NCBI GenBank assembly: GCA_964016885.1
Contig: OZ024757.1
Coordinates: 15,810,001-15,874,000 of the forward strand
Reading direction: 5' to 3'
Length of the DNA: 64,000 nt
DNA from: Eledone cirrhosa
Taxonomy: Eukaryota
In this document: piece after piece, positions 26,555 through 38,115 of the stretch
How the letters are laid out: every line of letters starts with the position of its first letter
Numbering within the stretch: position 1 is the first letter of the stretch
The notes under the pieces: model-generated
The model's input: only the letters and a program-made list of their open reading frames with translations
Database searches by the model: none
What the model was told of the DNA's origin: nothing
Translations under genes and position numbers: made by a program

Positions 26555-26813
26555 CAAGAAGAAGAAGAGGAAAAAGAAGAAAAAGAAGAAAAAGAAGAAA
26601 AAGAAAGAAAAAAAGAAGAAAAAGAAAGAAGAATGAAAAAAGAAAGAAAAAAAGTAAGAAAAAAAAGAAGAAAAAAGAAAGAAAAAAAGAAAGAAAAAAG
26701 AAAAAGAAAAAAGAAAAAGAAAGAAAAAAGAAAAAGAAAAAAGAAAAAGAAAAAAGAAAGAAAAGTAGAAAAAGAGAAAGTAAAAAAAGTAGAAAAAGAA
26801 GGAGAAGAAGAAA
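26555..26813. repeat. (AAG/AAAG)n A-rich array, possibly an expanded retroposon tail
   Basis: Direct inspection. Confidence 0.85.
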
Positions 26814-27085
26814 ACATTCTTTCCCTTGGCCGGGGACTCCAAATGGCAAAACCTTTACCGGTTTCATTGGCATGGCTATAAGTTAAACAACCGACCCAAA
26901 TACTGATGGTACTTATTTTCAGCTGAATATACTGCAGTAACGCGAAATGTAATTGACAAAAGGTAAAGTTGACACACACACACACATATTTATATATACA
27001 TACATATACATGTATACACCCATTCTGATAAATATTGCCTGTACAGGTATTCAAAGTGTACATTTTGGGGGGACATATAAACTCG

Positions 27086-27117
<32 letters not shown>

Positions 27118-27148
27118 CATGCACTATATATATATATATATACATGCG

Positions 27149-27190
<42 letters not shown>

Positions 27191-27193
27191 GCG

Positions 27194-27240
<47 letters not shown>

Positions 27241-27702
27241 TATATACATATACACACACAGACACACACATGAAACCTTTGTGAAATATATACACTTCCT
27301 ACGTAAGCTTGAAACAATTTTACATCGGCTCTTCACCAGTAAACAAAATAAAAAAAAATATTTCAAGGGAGGTCACTCTCAGAGAAAATACATTTCATAT
27401 TTCTTTCCATTAGAGTGATCTCCCTTGGTTTTAAAAATTGAAAGACGCCATGTTTATTGTTTATGTTTAAAAACATTTAGCAGCTTTTCGATTAACTTCG
27501 CCTGTTTATGTTCCGCTTGTACAATTATGATATTTTATTATGGTACTGCATTTTAATTTATACATATATACACAGCCATAAAATTGTGGGAAATAAAAAC
27601 TGGATTTTTGAGTAGTATTTAGTCTTATCTTTCCACGAAGGATGAAAGGCAAACCCGATCTCCGTGAGGTTTTGGTTATATGTATTGTTTCTATCTGTGC
27701 GC

Positions 27703-27770
<68 letters not shown>

Positions 27771-28034
27771 ATACATATATGTATGTGTTGTGTGTATGTG
27801 TGTGCGCGCATGAAACAAAGGGCCGTAACCATCAACTAAACACAAATGCACTTCTGACGACGATGACATACAGGTAAACATGAATTTGTTTTGGTTTTGG
27901 ATTTTATCTAAACTTCCTTCTCTATCCAGGATATATAGTCTGGCTATTTTTATATTAATACGACATTACAGATTTAATAAAATAACAATAAATGAATAAA
28001 GAAAATTCAGAGTGTCTTAAACGTGAAATAAGAA

Positions 28035-28296
28035 GGTACTCCGTCAGAGTTTTCCCGTTGATCCGATCAATGGAACAACCGGCTCATGAAATTAACGTGC
28101 AAGTGACTGAGCATTCCACAAACACGTACCCTTACTGTAGTTCTTAGGGAGATTCAGCATGGCACAGAATGTGACAAGGCTAACGACTTTTCGAATTACA
28201 GACAACACATTTTTGCCAGCTAAGTGGACTGGAGCAATGTGAAATAAAGTCGAACTCATGACTTTACGATTGTGAGCCGAATACTATTACCACAAA
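28035..28296 (-). mobile_element. tRNA-derived SINE (family B head/core with a different 3' body)
   Basis: Minus strand: GTGGTAATAG..GAGTTCGA-CTTTATTTCACATTGCTCCAGTCCAC ... CACGTTAATTTCATGAG..GTTCCATTGATCGGATCAAC. Confidence 0.7.
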
Positions 28297-28335
28297 GCAA
28301 CGCTCATTCCCATGTGTGTGTGTCTGTGTACGGAC

Positions 28336-28372
<37 letters not shown>

Positions 28373-28480
28373 ATGAAAATAAAACAAAAGGCGAAGATAG
28401 GTCCTTAATTCGCTCATTGTTTTACGATCGTTTCAGCGGTTTAATTGATCAGGATATATTGACTAATAGAGAGTAGTTTT

Positions 28481-28734
28481 TGTGGGTATGGTGTGGCGTG
28501 CGGTGGCCGGAAGCGGGGGAGTGCTCGACCGGAAGGGTGCTTGGCCGGAAGGATGCTCGACCGGAAGGGCCAGCAATTGGGCCTCTCTCTAGTGGTGACC
28601 AGCAACGGTTTGGACGCGAGTTCTGGCAGCTCCCCGTGTTAAGGAGCTGGACGCACGTGGAAGAGGAGAAATTAGCAGTGGGATTTAGCGGCGCCTATGA
28701 AAAGCGGTAAGTGAGATAGCTTTTTCTAACTACA
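28481..28734 (+). repeat. 5' LTR (254 bp)
   Basis: TGTGGG...CTACA; about 11 substitutions and one 28-bp indel relative to the 3' LTR (hand count). Confidence 0.95.
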
Positions 28735-28843
28735 AGCTATTTCGGCATTGGAAACTGAGATCTGATTGAAAAAAAAAAGCTACTGGAAAAACAGAGAGGA
28801 GTCTAGTTTTTTTTTTATCACGTACCGCAAGACAAATTAGAAG

Positions 28844-29595
28844 ATGGCAACAAGACTACGAAGCGATCAGGGCATTTACCGGTGAAGGTGATGTTGTTGC
28901 TTGGCTGCGAAAAGTCCGGCTGTCGCAAGCTTGCAGAAGATAGAAGATGTGGGTGGCCTCATGGCACTGTACATCGAGGGGGACGCGTTGGTACACTTCC
29001 TTGAGTTGGACGAACACAGCCAAAGAGATGCGAAAAAGATTGAGAGGCGCATGATGGAAGCATTCGTAGAGGGACCGTTAGCCGCTTTCGCTAAGCTGGC
29101 AAGAATTAGATGGAACGGTGAACGCGTTGACATTTTCGCAGCGGAAATACGGCGATTGGCCATGTTGGCTGGATATCAGGTGGAATGCGAACGCACGGTG
29201 CGATTGGCGTTCATAAATGGGTTTCCAGACGACATAGCGGTGAAACTGCAGCAAGTCCCGGGTTACAAAGAAATTGAAATGCGTTCACTGGTGGAACAAG
29301 CCCGGATCATAGCAGAAGATGCCAAGAAGAGTGTGGCGGCGATAGCAACTACAGAGGCTCAAGACAGCTGGCAGCGAAATGGTGAAAGGGAGACAACCAC
29401 GGCACGCGGTCGCCCGCGAACGTTTAGGGTCACTGTTTTCGGTGCCAGGGCCCGCACATGGCTAGAGACTGCAGAGAGTCAAGGCCGGAAATAATATGCT
29501 ACCGGTGTAAGCGACCAGGCCACATCGCTATTAACTGCGACCAGGAAAACAATCCAAGGGGAAGTACTGCGCCGGTAGTTGCCCCTTACGAGTAG
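28844..29595 (+). pseudogene. gag: gag (frameshifted) with two zinc knuckles
   Basis: MATRLRSD / IRAFTGEGDVVAWLRKVRL / VASLQKIED...; CFRCQGPHMARDC and CYRCKRPGHIAINC knuckles; stop TAG at 29593-95; at least three frameshifts. Confidence 0.85.
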
Positions 29596-32360
29596 AGGCG
29601 CTTCCCGTGGTGGAAGTCTTCGTGAGGGGAAAGCCACAGCGAGCCCTCGTGGACACGGGCTGTACGACGACACTGGTGACCGCGGGGGTGGCGCAGCGTA
29701 AGAGCAGTCGACGGATGGAAAATTGAATGCCGAGGTCGCAGCGAGATGGAAATAGCGGTACGGGGAAGGAAAATAAGGCTTTCTGCCATCGTAGTAGACA
29801 GCGTAGTGGGTGGGATCGGCATGGACACAATTGGCCGTCTAGGAGGCGTCACAGTGAACAACGTCGGTGTGTCGTTTGGCGCCGCTGCAGCGGTATGCGC
29901 TGTGAGTACGCGACAGGAGAACCAGAAGGCCCGCGGGGAGAAATACCCCGCTTACACTGTGCAGGACAAAGACTTCAAGGCCGTGTTCGATGGGCAGCGA
30001 TGGGTTGTTAAGTGGTACTGGAAGGGAGAACCACCAACACTGAAGACCAAAGTGGGCTGCTATCAACACACATTGAAGGGAAACATTAGGAGCGAGTTCG
30101 AGCGAGAGGTAGAGAGATGGATTGAGGAGGGCATACTGCTTCCCTGGAAAGAGGAGGTGAAGTGTGGAGTATTGCCGTTAATGGCGGTGGCGCAACCCAC
30201 GAAGAACAAGGTGAGGCCGGTGCTGGACTTTCGGGAGCTGAACGAGCACGTGTCATGCCACACGGGTGGCGAGGTCACGGATGTCTGTGGAGAAACCCTG
30301 CGTGAGTGGAGACGCATGGCGGGGGTTTCAGCAATCGTAGATCTAAAGTCGGCGTACTTGCAATTGCATATAGATGAGAAGCTCTGGCAGTATCAGCTGG
30401 TCAGGTATAAGGGCCGGACATATTGCCTGACCAGGCTCGGTTTCGGTCTGAGCTCCGCACCGAAGATCATGGCGGCGGTCCTCAAGACCATTCTGGGAAA
30501 GGCCGACAAGATGAAGAGGTCCATTAGCTCCTACATTGACGACATCCTAGTGGACGAGTCTGTGGTGTCGGCGGCGGAAGTCACGAGCCATTTACAGGGG
30601 TATGGACTGGCTGCGAAGCCGTCAGAAGCGTTGGAGGGAGGAGCCGAGCTGGGACTTAGGCTACGGCGAGACAGGACGGGCGTCTTGGTATTCCAGAGAG
30701 GAAATGAAGTTCCAGAACTGGGCCCAAGTATGAGTAGGCGGGAGCTTTTCTCGGTGTGTGGAAAGTTGGTGGGTCACTACCCGATTGCTGGGTGGCTCTG
30801 GACGGCATGCAGCTATGTCAAGAGACGAGCGGGGGGAGTGACAGAGTGGGAGAGAGGACGGTGGCCATGATGCAGGAGATCGGGGGGAGGGTGAAGGCCG
30901 ACGACCCAGTGCGGAAACGCTGGTATGTTCCCAAATCACAGAGCGGGACCGTATGGTGCGATGCCAGCAGCATAGCGCTGGGTGTCACGTTGGAGATAGG
31001 AGGTGTTGAGGTCGAGGATGCAGCCTGGCTTAGGAAGAAGGACGACTGCAACCACATCAATGTGGCCGAACTGGACGCAGTGTTGAGAGGGGTGAACCTC
31101 GCCCTGAGGTGGGGACTGCGCACCATCGAGATACGCACCGACTCGGCTACTGTACTCGGATGGGTGAGATCAGTGCTCACCAGTGAGAAAAGAGTGCGAA
31201 CGAGAGGGGCGGCGGAGATGCTGATAAAGCGCCGCCTGGGAACTTTAGGAGAGCTGGCCACCGAGTTTGACCTGAGGCTGAGCGTAGTTTTCGTGCTCTC
31301 AGATAAAAATAGGGCGGACGTCTTAACTAGGGTGAAGAAAGCCTGGATGGAAGCGCCGGAGGAGGTAGAAGATGAGATAGCTGCCGTGTGTCGGCTGACC
31401 GAGTCGGATCTGAAAGGGTTGCATGACATGCACCACATGGGAAAGGATAGGAGCCTGTTCCTAGCCAGGAGAATCGACCCGGACATTAACAGACACAGTG
31501 TTCACAGGGTGGTTAGAGGCTGCGTCCAATGTCAGTCCATTGATCCCGCCCCGCGTGTGCACGAAACGGGAAGCTTCCCGGTGGATCGCGACTGGAAGCG
31601 ATTGGCGGTGGATGTAACGCATTACCGACAGGGAACGTACCTCTCGATGGTCGACTGTGGACCAGGACGGATGGCGATATGGAGGGAGATGAAGACTGGA
31701 ACGGCCGAGGAAATAAGGCGGAAGTTGAGAGAGGTGTTCTTGGAGCGGGGCCCTGTGGACGAACTGCTAATGGAGAACAGCTTAGCGTTCCCCTCGGAGG
31801 CGCTGAGGGAGATGCTCGATGGATGGAAGGTGGACCGTTTCTTCAGAGCAGCGCACAGGCCGAGCGGGAATGGAATTGTGGAGCGACACCACCGGACGAT
31901 CAAGGCAATGGCGGAGCGGGGCCATATCTCACCAATGGAGGCAGTGTTCTGGTACAACATGTCCCCTCGGGTAAGACAGGTCGAGGAATCGGTGCCACAC
32001 AGAGCAGTATTCAGATACGAGTGGCGGCACCCGTGCACGCCACCACAACGGCCAGTGGGGAGAGAGAGTGCATTCGTGCAGGTGGGCGAAGAAGTCTGGG
32101 TTAAGCCCCCAGGTGCACGTTGCACATCTCAATGGGGAAGGGGAACGGTGACGGCCGTAAATTCCCAGAACAATGTGTCCGTGGACGGGGTACCACGTCA
32201 TGTCCTGGATATCCGTAGAATCACTGTGTCAACGGACTTCGAGGAAGAGGAAACCCAAAGTGCCGCCCCAACACTGCGGAGATCGCAAAGAAGTCGCAAA
32301 CCACCAACCTGGACAGCAGACTTTCATATGCAGAAGGACGAGGGGGAAATTGATCCTTGA
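29551..32360 (+). pseudogene. pol: pol: aspartic protease, reverse transcriptase, RNase H, integrase (frameshifted)
   Basis: ALVDTGCT (PR); VLDFRELN, VDLKSAYLQ, YIDD (RT); WCDASS, AELDAV, TDS (RH); H-H-CxxC, VDVT, LMENS (second catalytic Asp appears as Glu), GIVERHH (IN); frameshifts near 29697 and 30840. Confidence 0.93.
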
Positions 32361-32373
32361 GATCAGGGGGGCG

Positions 32374-32599
32374 TGTGGGTATGGTGTAGCGTGCGGTGGC
32401 CGGAAGCGGGGGAATGCTCGACCTTAAGGGTGCTTGGCCGGAAGGATGCTCGACCGGAAGGGCCAGCAGATGGGCCTCTCTCTAGTGGTGACCAGCAGCG
32501 GTGTGAAGGAGCTGGACGCACGTGGAAGAGGAGAAACTAGCAGTGGGATTTAGCGGCGCCTATGTAAAGCGGTAAGTGAGATAGCTTTTTATAACTACA
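32374..32599 (+). repeat. 3' LTR (226 bp)
   Basis: Direct repeat of the 5' LTR, preceded by the PPT. Confidence 0.95.
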
Positions 32600-32670
32600 G
32601 TTTTATTTATTTATTTCTATGTATGTACGTGTCTATGTGTCTGTGTTGCAAATAATTGTGTTGTGAAATC

Positions 32671-32726
<56 letters not shown>

Positions 32727-32727
<1 letters not shown>

Positions 32728-32914
32728 CGAAGGAAATGTGGTAAGGAACCAGGTGGACCATAACGCACCAAAGTACTCAATATTTAGGGTAGTAGAGTGG
32801 GTAATAGGAACCAGTAAGACCCCGACGGCTGAGCTCAAGCCGTTTCGACGGCTAATTCGCATGAGAATTAGCCGTCGAAACGGCTTGAGCTCAGCCGTCG
32901 GGGTCTTACTGGTT

Positions 32915-32919
<5 letters not shown>
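32727..32919 (-). mobile_element. (TA)n-flanked fold-back element carrying the 3' half of a hammerhead (Penelope pLTR-like)
   Basis: Perfect 55-bp inverted arms 32804-32858 / 32865-32919; GAAA-CGGC[uugagcuca]GCCG-UC-GGGGUC; homologues at 36817 and 38449. Confidence 0.65.
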
Positions 32920-32956
<37 letters not shown>

Positions 32957-33328
32957 ACTACCTTAACTAGAATCTAATTAAATCTAAACCAAACCCACTC
33001 TATCCACGAATTCAAGCAGACGCCAATCTTACAATCAATCCCCTCCATAAATATACCGCACATGTCATAAACGCACCTGAAACACGTCCTCCAAAACCAG
33101 AATTCAGCCCCCCCCCCAGTAAAACAACAACCAACCATCTGTTATACAAGCGACGAACATCATCATGCTGCATCCGTTCTATTGTATCGTTTCTACATAG
33201 AGTGTCCTCCCAAAATGTATACACACTTCAACAGCAATTGTTTTGGGATGCCCTGTATATATAAATTTGAGTAAGGAGAAAACATAGGGCTTGAATAATG
33301 GGAGAGGTTATACCATGACAATTGTTAC

Positions 33329-33479
33329 CATAGCGGCATCTTTAATGTGGGGAAATTCTGCTTCAGAGTGAATCATGATACCCGGAAATTCCCTGGTAGC
33401 ATCAGCGCTGCTTGGTACCGTTGCAGAGAAGGTACCGGTAGCGTAAAGATCTCCAGTTGTCAACTGATAGAGGGAATAT
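33329..33479 (-). CDS. Internal coding exon of an uncharacterised host gene (YSLYQLTTGDLYATGTFSATVPSSADATREFPGIMIHSEAEFPHIKDAAM)
   Basis: Acceptor ttcttatcttacactacaag, donor ATG|gtaaca (alternative donor gives low end 33314); phase-2 start matches the phase-2 end of the 35573-35837 exon. Confidence 0.65.
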
Positions 33480-33883
33480 CTTGTAGTGTAAGATAAGAAC
33501 CTTAGAAACAACGATCCCTAATGTTCTTTCTTGTTGTTGTTGTTGAAGCAAAAAACAAAATGGCAGTGTGTCACGTAATATATCCGCTGTAAACTGTGAT
33601 GAAAACCTTCATATCGATTACAGAAGTATTTCGGTTCAACATTAGTGCAGTGTGTTTTATGATGTTACACTTCTTAGCACAACATAGATAACAATGGTTT
33701 TAATATGCCGCGGCTCTGGCCGTGATAGGCCATTCCCGTTAGTGAATTCATTTCTATGAATCTTTTACTAAATGTGCTTCGAGAGCGATGCTGTGTTTTC
33801 TTTGTGACAGTTTTAAATATTTTACCTGTTAAACGATTGTAAGATTTGACTTCTATGCTTTGTTTCTGACTTTAGTAACTTCA

Positions 33884-33937
33884 TACGAGTGTCGGCTGAA
33901 AGTTCATAGATTATGAAGGAACGATGCTAGAGCTGTG
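33884..33937 (+). mobile_element. mariner-like 5' terminal fragment (continues after 34215); homologue at 63927
   Basis: TA|CGAGTGTCGGCTGAAAGTTCATAG...GATGCTAGAGCTGTG-AAAT shared with 63927-64000. Confidence 0.55.
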
Positions 33938-34207
33938 CAGTAGCGTGCAGAGGGAGGGGGTGATGGTGCGTTGGCCTCGGGCATCCTTAGGATGGGGGCA
34001 TCATTTGGGGGAAAAGAATTTAATAAATTTGATTGATTTATATTAAAATCGAATAAAGCGTTTTATTTCATGTTTCATCTGTGTTCATATATTCAAAATA
34101 TTTTCCTTTCTCCTAATATTTCTTAGTATATTAGGCCTTATACTTGAGTGTTTGGGGCATACAATCAAGATTTAACCCGGGCATCACCAGAACTCTGCAC
34201 GCCGCTG
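33938..34207. mobile_element. hAT-type MITE with perfect 8-bp TSD
   Basis: TIRs CAGTAGCGTGCAGAG / CTCTGCACGCCGCTG; TSD GAGCTGTG at 33930-37 and 34208-15. Confidence 0.85.
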
Positions 34208-34362
34208 GAGCTGTGAAATCTTAATAATTCGCCGCTGGAGCTGTGAAATCTTAATAATTGCATTGCTTCTTTCCAGGGACTATATTGAGAATACCCTGGT
34301 CAGGCTCTGCTATACTTAGATAACGAATATATAACTACGATATGTATTGCTTATCTAAATGA

Positions 34363-34524
34363 CAGACCTGTCAACTCTTCCGACCATCGGGGAGATCTCC
34401 CTCCCACTTTGGTGTGAGTGAGAGATGTCTTCTCTTGTGAAAATGGGTATAGCTTTCACTATGTAAAATCTCCACATTTTGCCTCAATTCTCCCCGTCTG
34501 GCTTTTTAGAGGTTGGCAGGTTTG
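34363..34524 (+). mobile_element. MITE with 6-bp TSD (copy 1)
   Basis: CAGACCTGTCAAC...GTTGGCAGGTTTG; flanks AAATGA / AAGTGA. Confidence 0.75.
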
Positions 34525-35274
34525 AAGTGACACTACTCAGTGTTTCGATAACTCCAGTATATTCTCTTTTGTTTCTATTATTTTGAAAGATTCTGTGGTT
34601 TTGTATCGAAGTTACATATTAATATTTTTCCTTCAAGATTGCGAAACATGGTTTGTGTATATTTGACTTTGTAATTTGAAATTTATTCAAAGAGAACAAT
34701 AATGTTTCTATTCCTTAGATTTTGTGTTCAGGTTTGTTCTTATGTATATTGAGATATTTTAAAACTATTTGTTCACATTCAACACACATTTACATTTATA
34801 ATAATAAAATTAATTAATTAATTAATTAATTATTAAATCTGAAACAAAAATAGATATTAGTTTCTTAAGATTTGAATTAATTCCTGAAATCAGGGAAGGC
34901 ATTTCAAATGCCAAAAGAACATTTACATTATATCAAATACCGCACTTGCCGAGCCATTTGAAGCCCGCTGATTTTACAAGGATATTTTGAGAAAAACAAA
35001 ATTTAGTACATTTCTGTATAAATTTATTAAAAATTATTTCATTATTTTTTCAGAAAATCTAATATAAGTTCGACATCATTTTGCTTATATAAATTGTATT
35101 GTATTACTATATTAGTAATACTAATGGTAATACAAACTAAAATTTTTAACCAACATTGTCCTAACCCTCCGACTGGCCTCCCATCGGAGATACGGGCGTA
35201 TTAGATGCAGGGAAGAATTTTTATGTTTTGTTTTTTAAATAAAAAAGTGCGTCAAATAGGCTGGCAAATACGGT

Positions 35275-35538
35275 AATTATTTCTAAAATTGGCACAAGGC
35301 CAGAAAGAATAAGGTACTTTATTTTATCGACCCCAGAAGGATGAAAGGCAAAGTTGACCTCGGCAGAATTTGAACTCAGAACGTGGGATATCGTAACTAA
35401 ATACCAGAAAAGCATTTTAGCCGACGATCTAACGACTCTGTCGATCCACTGTCTTCATTATATTACGTGGTCGATAAAATAAAGTACCAGTAATACACTG
35501 GATAATTGCTGGCCTGGTGCCTAAAGTAGAAACAATTA
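35275..35538. mobile_element. SINE-A copy (minus) followed by a plus-strand SINE-A tail
   Basis: Core motifs on both strands. Confidence 0.7.
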
Positions 35539-35572
35539 TATTAAATAATTCTGGAATATAAAGATTACTCAC

Positions 35573-35837
35573 TCAGGGTAATGTTTCACATTCTTTAGCC
35601 GGGTTTGAAGTATGGCGCATGTGCGTAAATCCGAGGTGTCCACCACCCTGCGCCTTGGGACGGTTGGCAAGCGGATCTCCTCGCCATCTTCTTGCAAATT
35701 GTTGAATACTGACTGGTGTGGCGTCGGGTGAGGAAAGGCCAGCGACGCCCTTCTCCGTTGGTTCACATGTCGGCTACCTGCTGCACCGATCATATCTGTG
35801 CTATAGTCGTTGTTATTTTCTTGAAGCCGGTCGAAGG
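35573..35837 (-). CDS. Internal coding exon of an uncharacterised host gene (FDRLQENN...QRRRASLAF...LPTVPRRRVVDTSDLRTCAILQTRLKNVKHYP)
   Basis: Strong acceptor tttttcctttctttctacag, donor GA|gtgagt; 265 nt open (phase 1 to phase 2); GC-rich relative to flanks; not repetitive. Confidence 0.8.
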
Positions 35838-35915
35838 CTGTAGAAAGAAAGGAAAAATAAATTAAGCTAAAGATATATGTTAAACGGAATCATACACACA
35901 AATGCAAACACATAT

Positions 35916-36109
35916 CAGACCTGTCAACTCTCCCTGTCTGACGGGGAGATCTCCCACCACTTTCGAGTGGGTGAGAGACGTCTTCTCTTGTGAGAATGGG
36001 AATATTTTCCATTATGTAAAATCTCCCCATTTTGCCTCATTTCTCCCCGTTCTGGGGCACATCTTTTCATGGTACTCCCCGTTTGGGTTTTAAGTGGTTG
36101 GCAGGCCTG
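35916..36109 (+). mobile_element. MITE with 6-bp TSD (copy 2)
   Basis: CAGACCTGTCAAC...GTTGGCAGGCCTG; perfect TSD ACATAT / ACATAT. Confidence 0.8.
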
Positions 36110-36331
36110 ACATATGTAATAAGCAACAAACAAACAAAAACAATTATCAAAAAGACACCAATATGATGAGACAGAATAGAAATTAAGGTTATTGAGTTGA
36201 TGCTGAAAAGAAGTGAAAAGTTTTTGATGACATTTTCGGCTCCATCCTTCTTCGAAAAACATAGGAGAAGAACGGAAAGCTGAAGAGAAACTTAGGAAAA
36301 GATGTTTAGGTGATTCGCCCATGTGTGGAAG

Positions 36332-36381
<50 letters not shown>

Positions 36382-36516
36382 GAGTTAAACAAGATTCAAT
36401 GAGTATATCAGAGAATGAGTTTTACAGTAGATTGGAAGCACTCTACGAAAAAATAATTTTCCAGAGTTATTAATATTAAAATACAAATATTAATAAAATA
36501 GATGTTCTTTTGATTA

Positions 36517-36579
36517 ATTACATTTTATTATACATATTTCAGAGGTACAACAGTATATCCTCATCAGACAAAATATAAT
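36517..36579 (-). ncRNA. Type I hammerhead ribozyme (mirror copy)
   Basis: Reverse complement of 36672-36734. Confidence 0.75.
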
Positions 36580-36671
36580 GATATATGACATACCCTGAGA
36601 TGTTAAATGGTTAAGATTTAATACCTGGATTAAATCTTAACCATTTAACATCTCAGGGTATGTCATGTATC

Positions 36672-36734
36672 ATTATATTTTGTCTGATGAGGATATACTG
36701 TTGTACCTCTGAAATATGTATAATAAAATGTAAT
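36672..36734 (+). ncRNA. Type I hammerhead ribozyme
   Basis: AUUAUAUUUUGU-CUGAUGA-GGAUAUAC[uguu]GUACCUCU-GAAA-UAUGUA-UA-AUAAAAUGUAAU; 12-bp stem I including two G-U pairs. Confidence 0.75.
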
Positions 36735-36769
36735 TGATCAAAAGAACATCTATTTTATTAATATTTGTA

Positions 36770-36816
<47 letters not shown>

Positions 36817-36820
<4 letters not shown>

Positions 36821-36926
36821 GAAGGAAGTGTCGTAAGGAACCAGAGTACTTGATACTTAGAGTAGCAGAGTGTGTAATAGGAAAAGAGTCAAGACCCCGA
36901 CGGCGGAGTTCCGGCCGTTTCGACAG

Positions 36927-36929
<3 letters not shown>
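36817..36929 (-). mobile_element. Truncated copy of the 32727/38449 family between (TA)n tracts
   Basis: ACGAAGGAAGTGTCGTAAGGAACC...GACCCCGACGGC..CCGTTTCGAC. Confidence 0.65.
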
Positions 36930-36983
<54 letters not shown>

Positions 36984-37575
36984 TATAAGAACAAGTTTAA
37001 CAAGTAGAGAGATCTACTGTATTACAACATGGCAAGAATATCCAAAGCTAAATGTATTATTACAATTATGCAGAGCAAAAAACATTTAAGAGATAATCTA
37101 TAGGGTAAGTTCCAATAATTGCATGTATGTAAAATGTCTTATTTCAACCCATACCATTGGTGTATTATCTACTATATATATAATAATAATTGTAAATCGA
37201 AGTTTAGGTGTTGTACAGCAAGTACTATTCAATTTGTTTGAGGCAATCACAAAGCACTCAATAGAAAGTTGAAAACAAACATTAAGTCCAGAGTTAACAC
37301 CACACTTATAAATGTGATACCAAGAAAACGACCGAAGGGACCGGCTATACATACAACAAGACTATGATAGATACAGAAATGTATATATGTAAAAGCACAA
37401 ACACTTGGAGAGGCAACAAAATATAAATGAACAGATACATACACACATATATGCCAAACAGATGCTCGTAGAGGTAGCAGCATACAGATACACAGACAGG
37501 CAGACAATTGCACGCGCATGCGCAAACCAGACACATCTCAAAACGACAAGATGAAATAGATTTAGAACACAATCA

Positions 37576-37957
37576 CAGACCTGCCAACCTCTAAAACCCC
37601 AGACGGGGAGTAACATGAAAAAAAGTGCCCAAAAAGGAGGAGAAATGAAAGAAAATGGGGAGATTTTACATAATTGTTTCTACTTTTGGCACAAGGCCAA
37701 CAATTACACAGTACATTACTGGTACTTTTATTTTATCGACCCCGTAAGGATGAAAGGCAAAGTCAACCTCGGCGGGATTTGAACTCAGATCGTAAAGGGA
37801 CGTAACTATGCTGGAAAGCATGGCGTCCGACCCTCTACCGATACTGCCAATCCAACATAATGAAAGCTATACCCCTTTTCACAAGAGAAGACATCTCTCA
37901 CCCATCCCAAAGTGGGTGGGAGACCTCTCTGTCGGACGTTGAGAGTTAACAGGCCTG
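37576..37957 (-). mobile_element. MITE with 6-bp TSD (copy 3), interrupted by a SINE-A at ~37674-37854
   Basis: TIRs CAGACCTGCCAAC / GTTAACAGGCCTG; flanks CAATCA / CGATCA; the SINE is flanked by ACATAAT. Confidence 0.75.
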
Positions 37958-38115
37958 CGATCAGAACAAAGAGAAAACACAGAATAGCAAGAATTGTCAT
38001 TGAGAAAGTCACAGGATGTGTGACGAAAGGTCTTTGACAAATAACATGACAATTACCAATTAGTTAACCACCTGGTTATCAAACTAACCGATGAATGGAT
38101 TAGTTACGAAACGAA

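Larger units (their letters stand above)
28481..32599 (+). mobile_element. Full-length Ty3/Gypsy LTR retrotransposon (inactivated)
   Basis: TG...CA LTRs at both ends, 5-bp TSD GTTTT (28476-80 / 32600-04), PPT AGGGGGGCG at 32365-73, domain order gag-PR-RT-RH-IN. Confidence 0.97.
36379..36778. mobile_element. (TA)n-flanked palindromic element with two hammerheads (Penelope pLTR-like)
   Basis: 150-bp inverted arms 36473-36622 / 36629-36778 with 2 mismatches and a 6-nt loop ACCTGG; extra tail on the left arm. Confidence 0.75.

Noticed and set aside
26458-26886. Lys/Arg-rich protamine-like ORF
   Set aside because: Produced by an (AAG/AAAG)n expansion
32955-33260. GAAACACGTC as a hammerhead half, and a Tc1-like mini-TIR pair at 33195-33258
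   Set aside because: No CUGANGA or stem I; the TIRs are too imperfect to call
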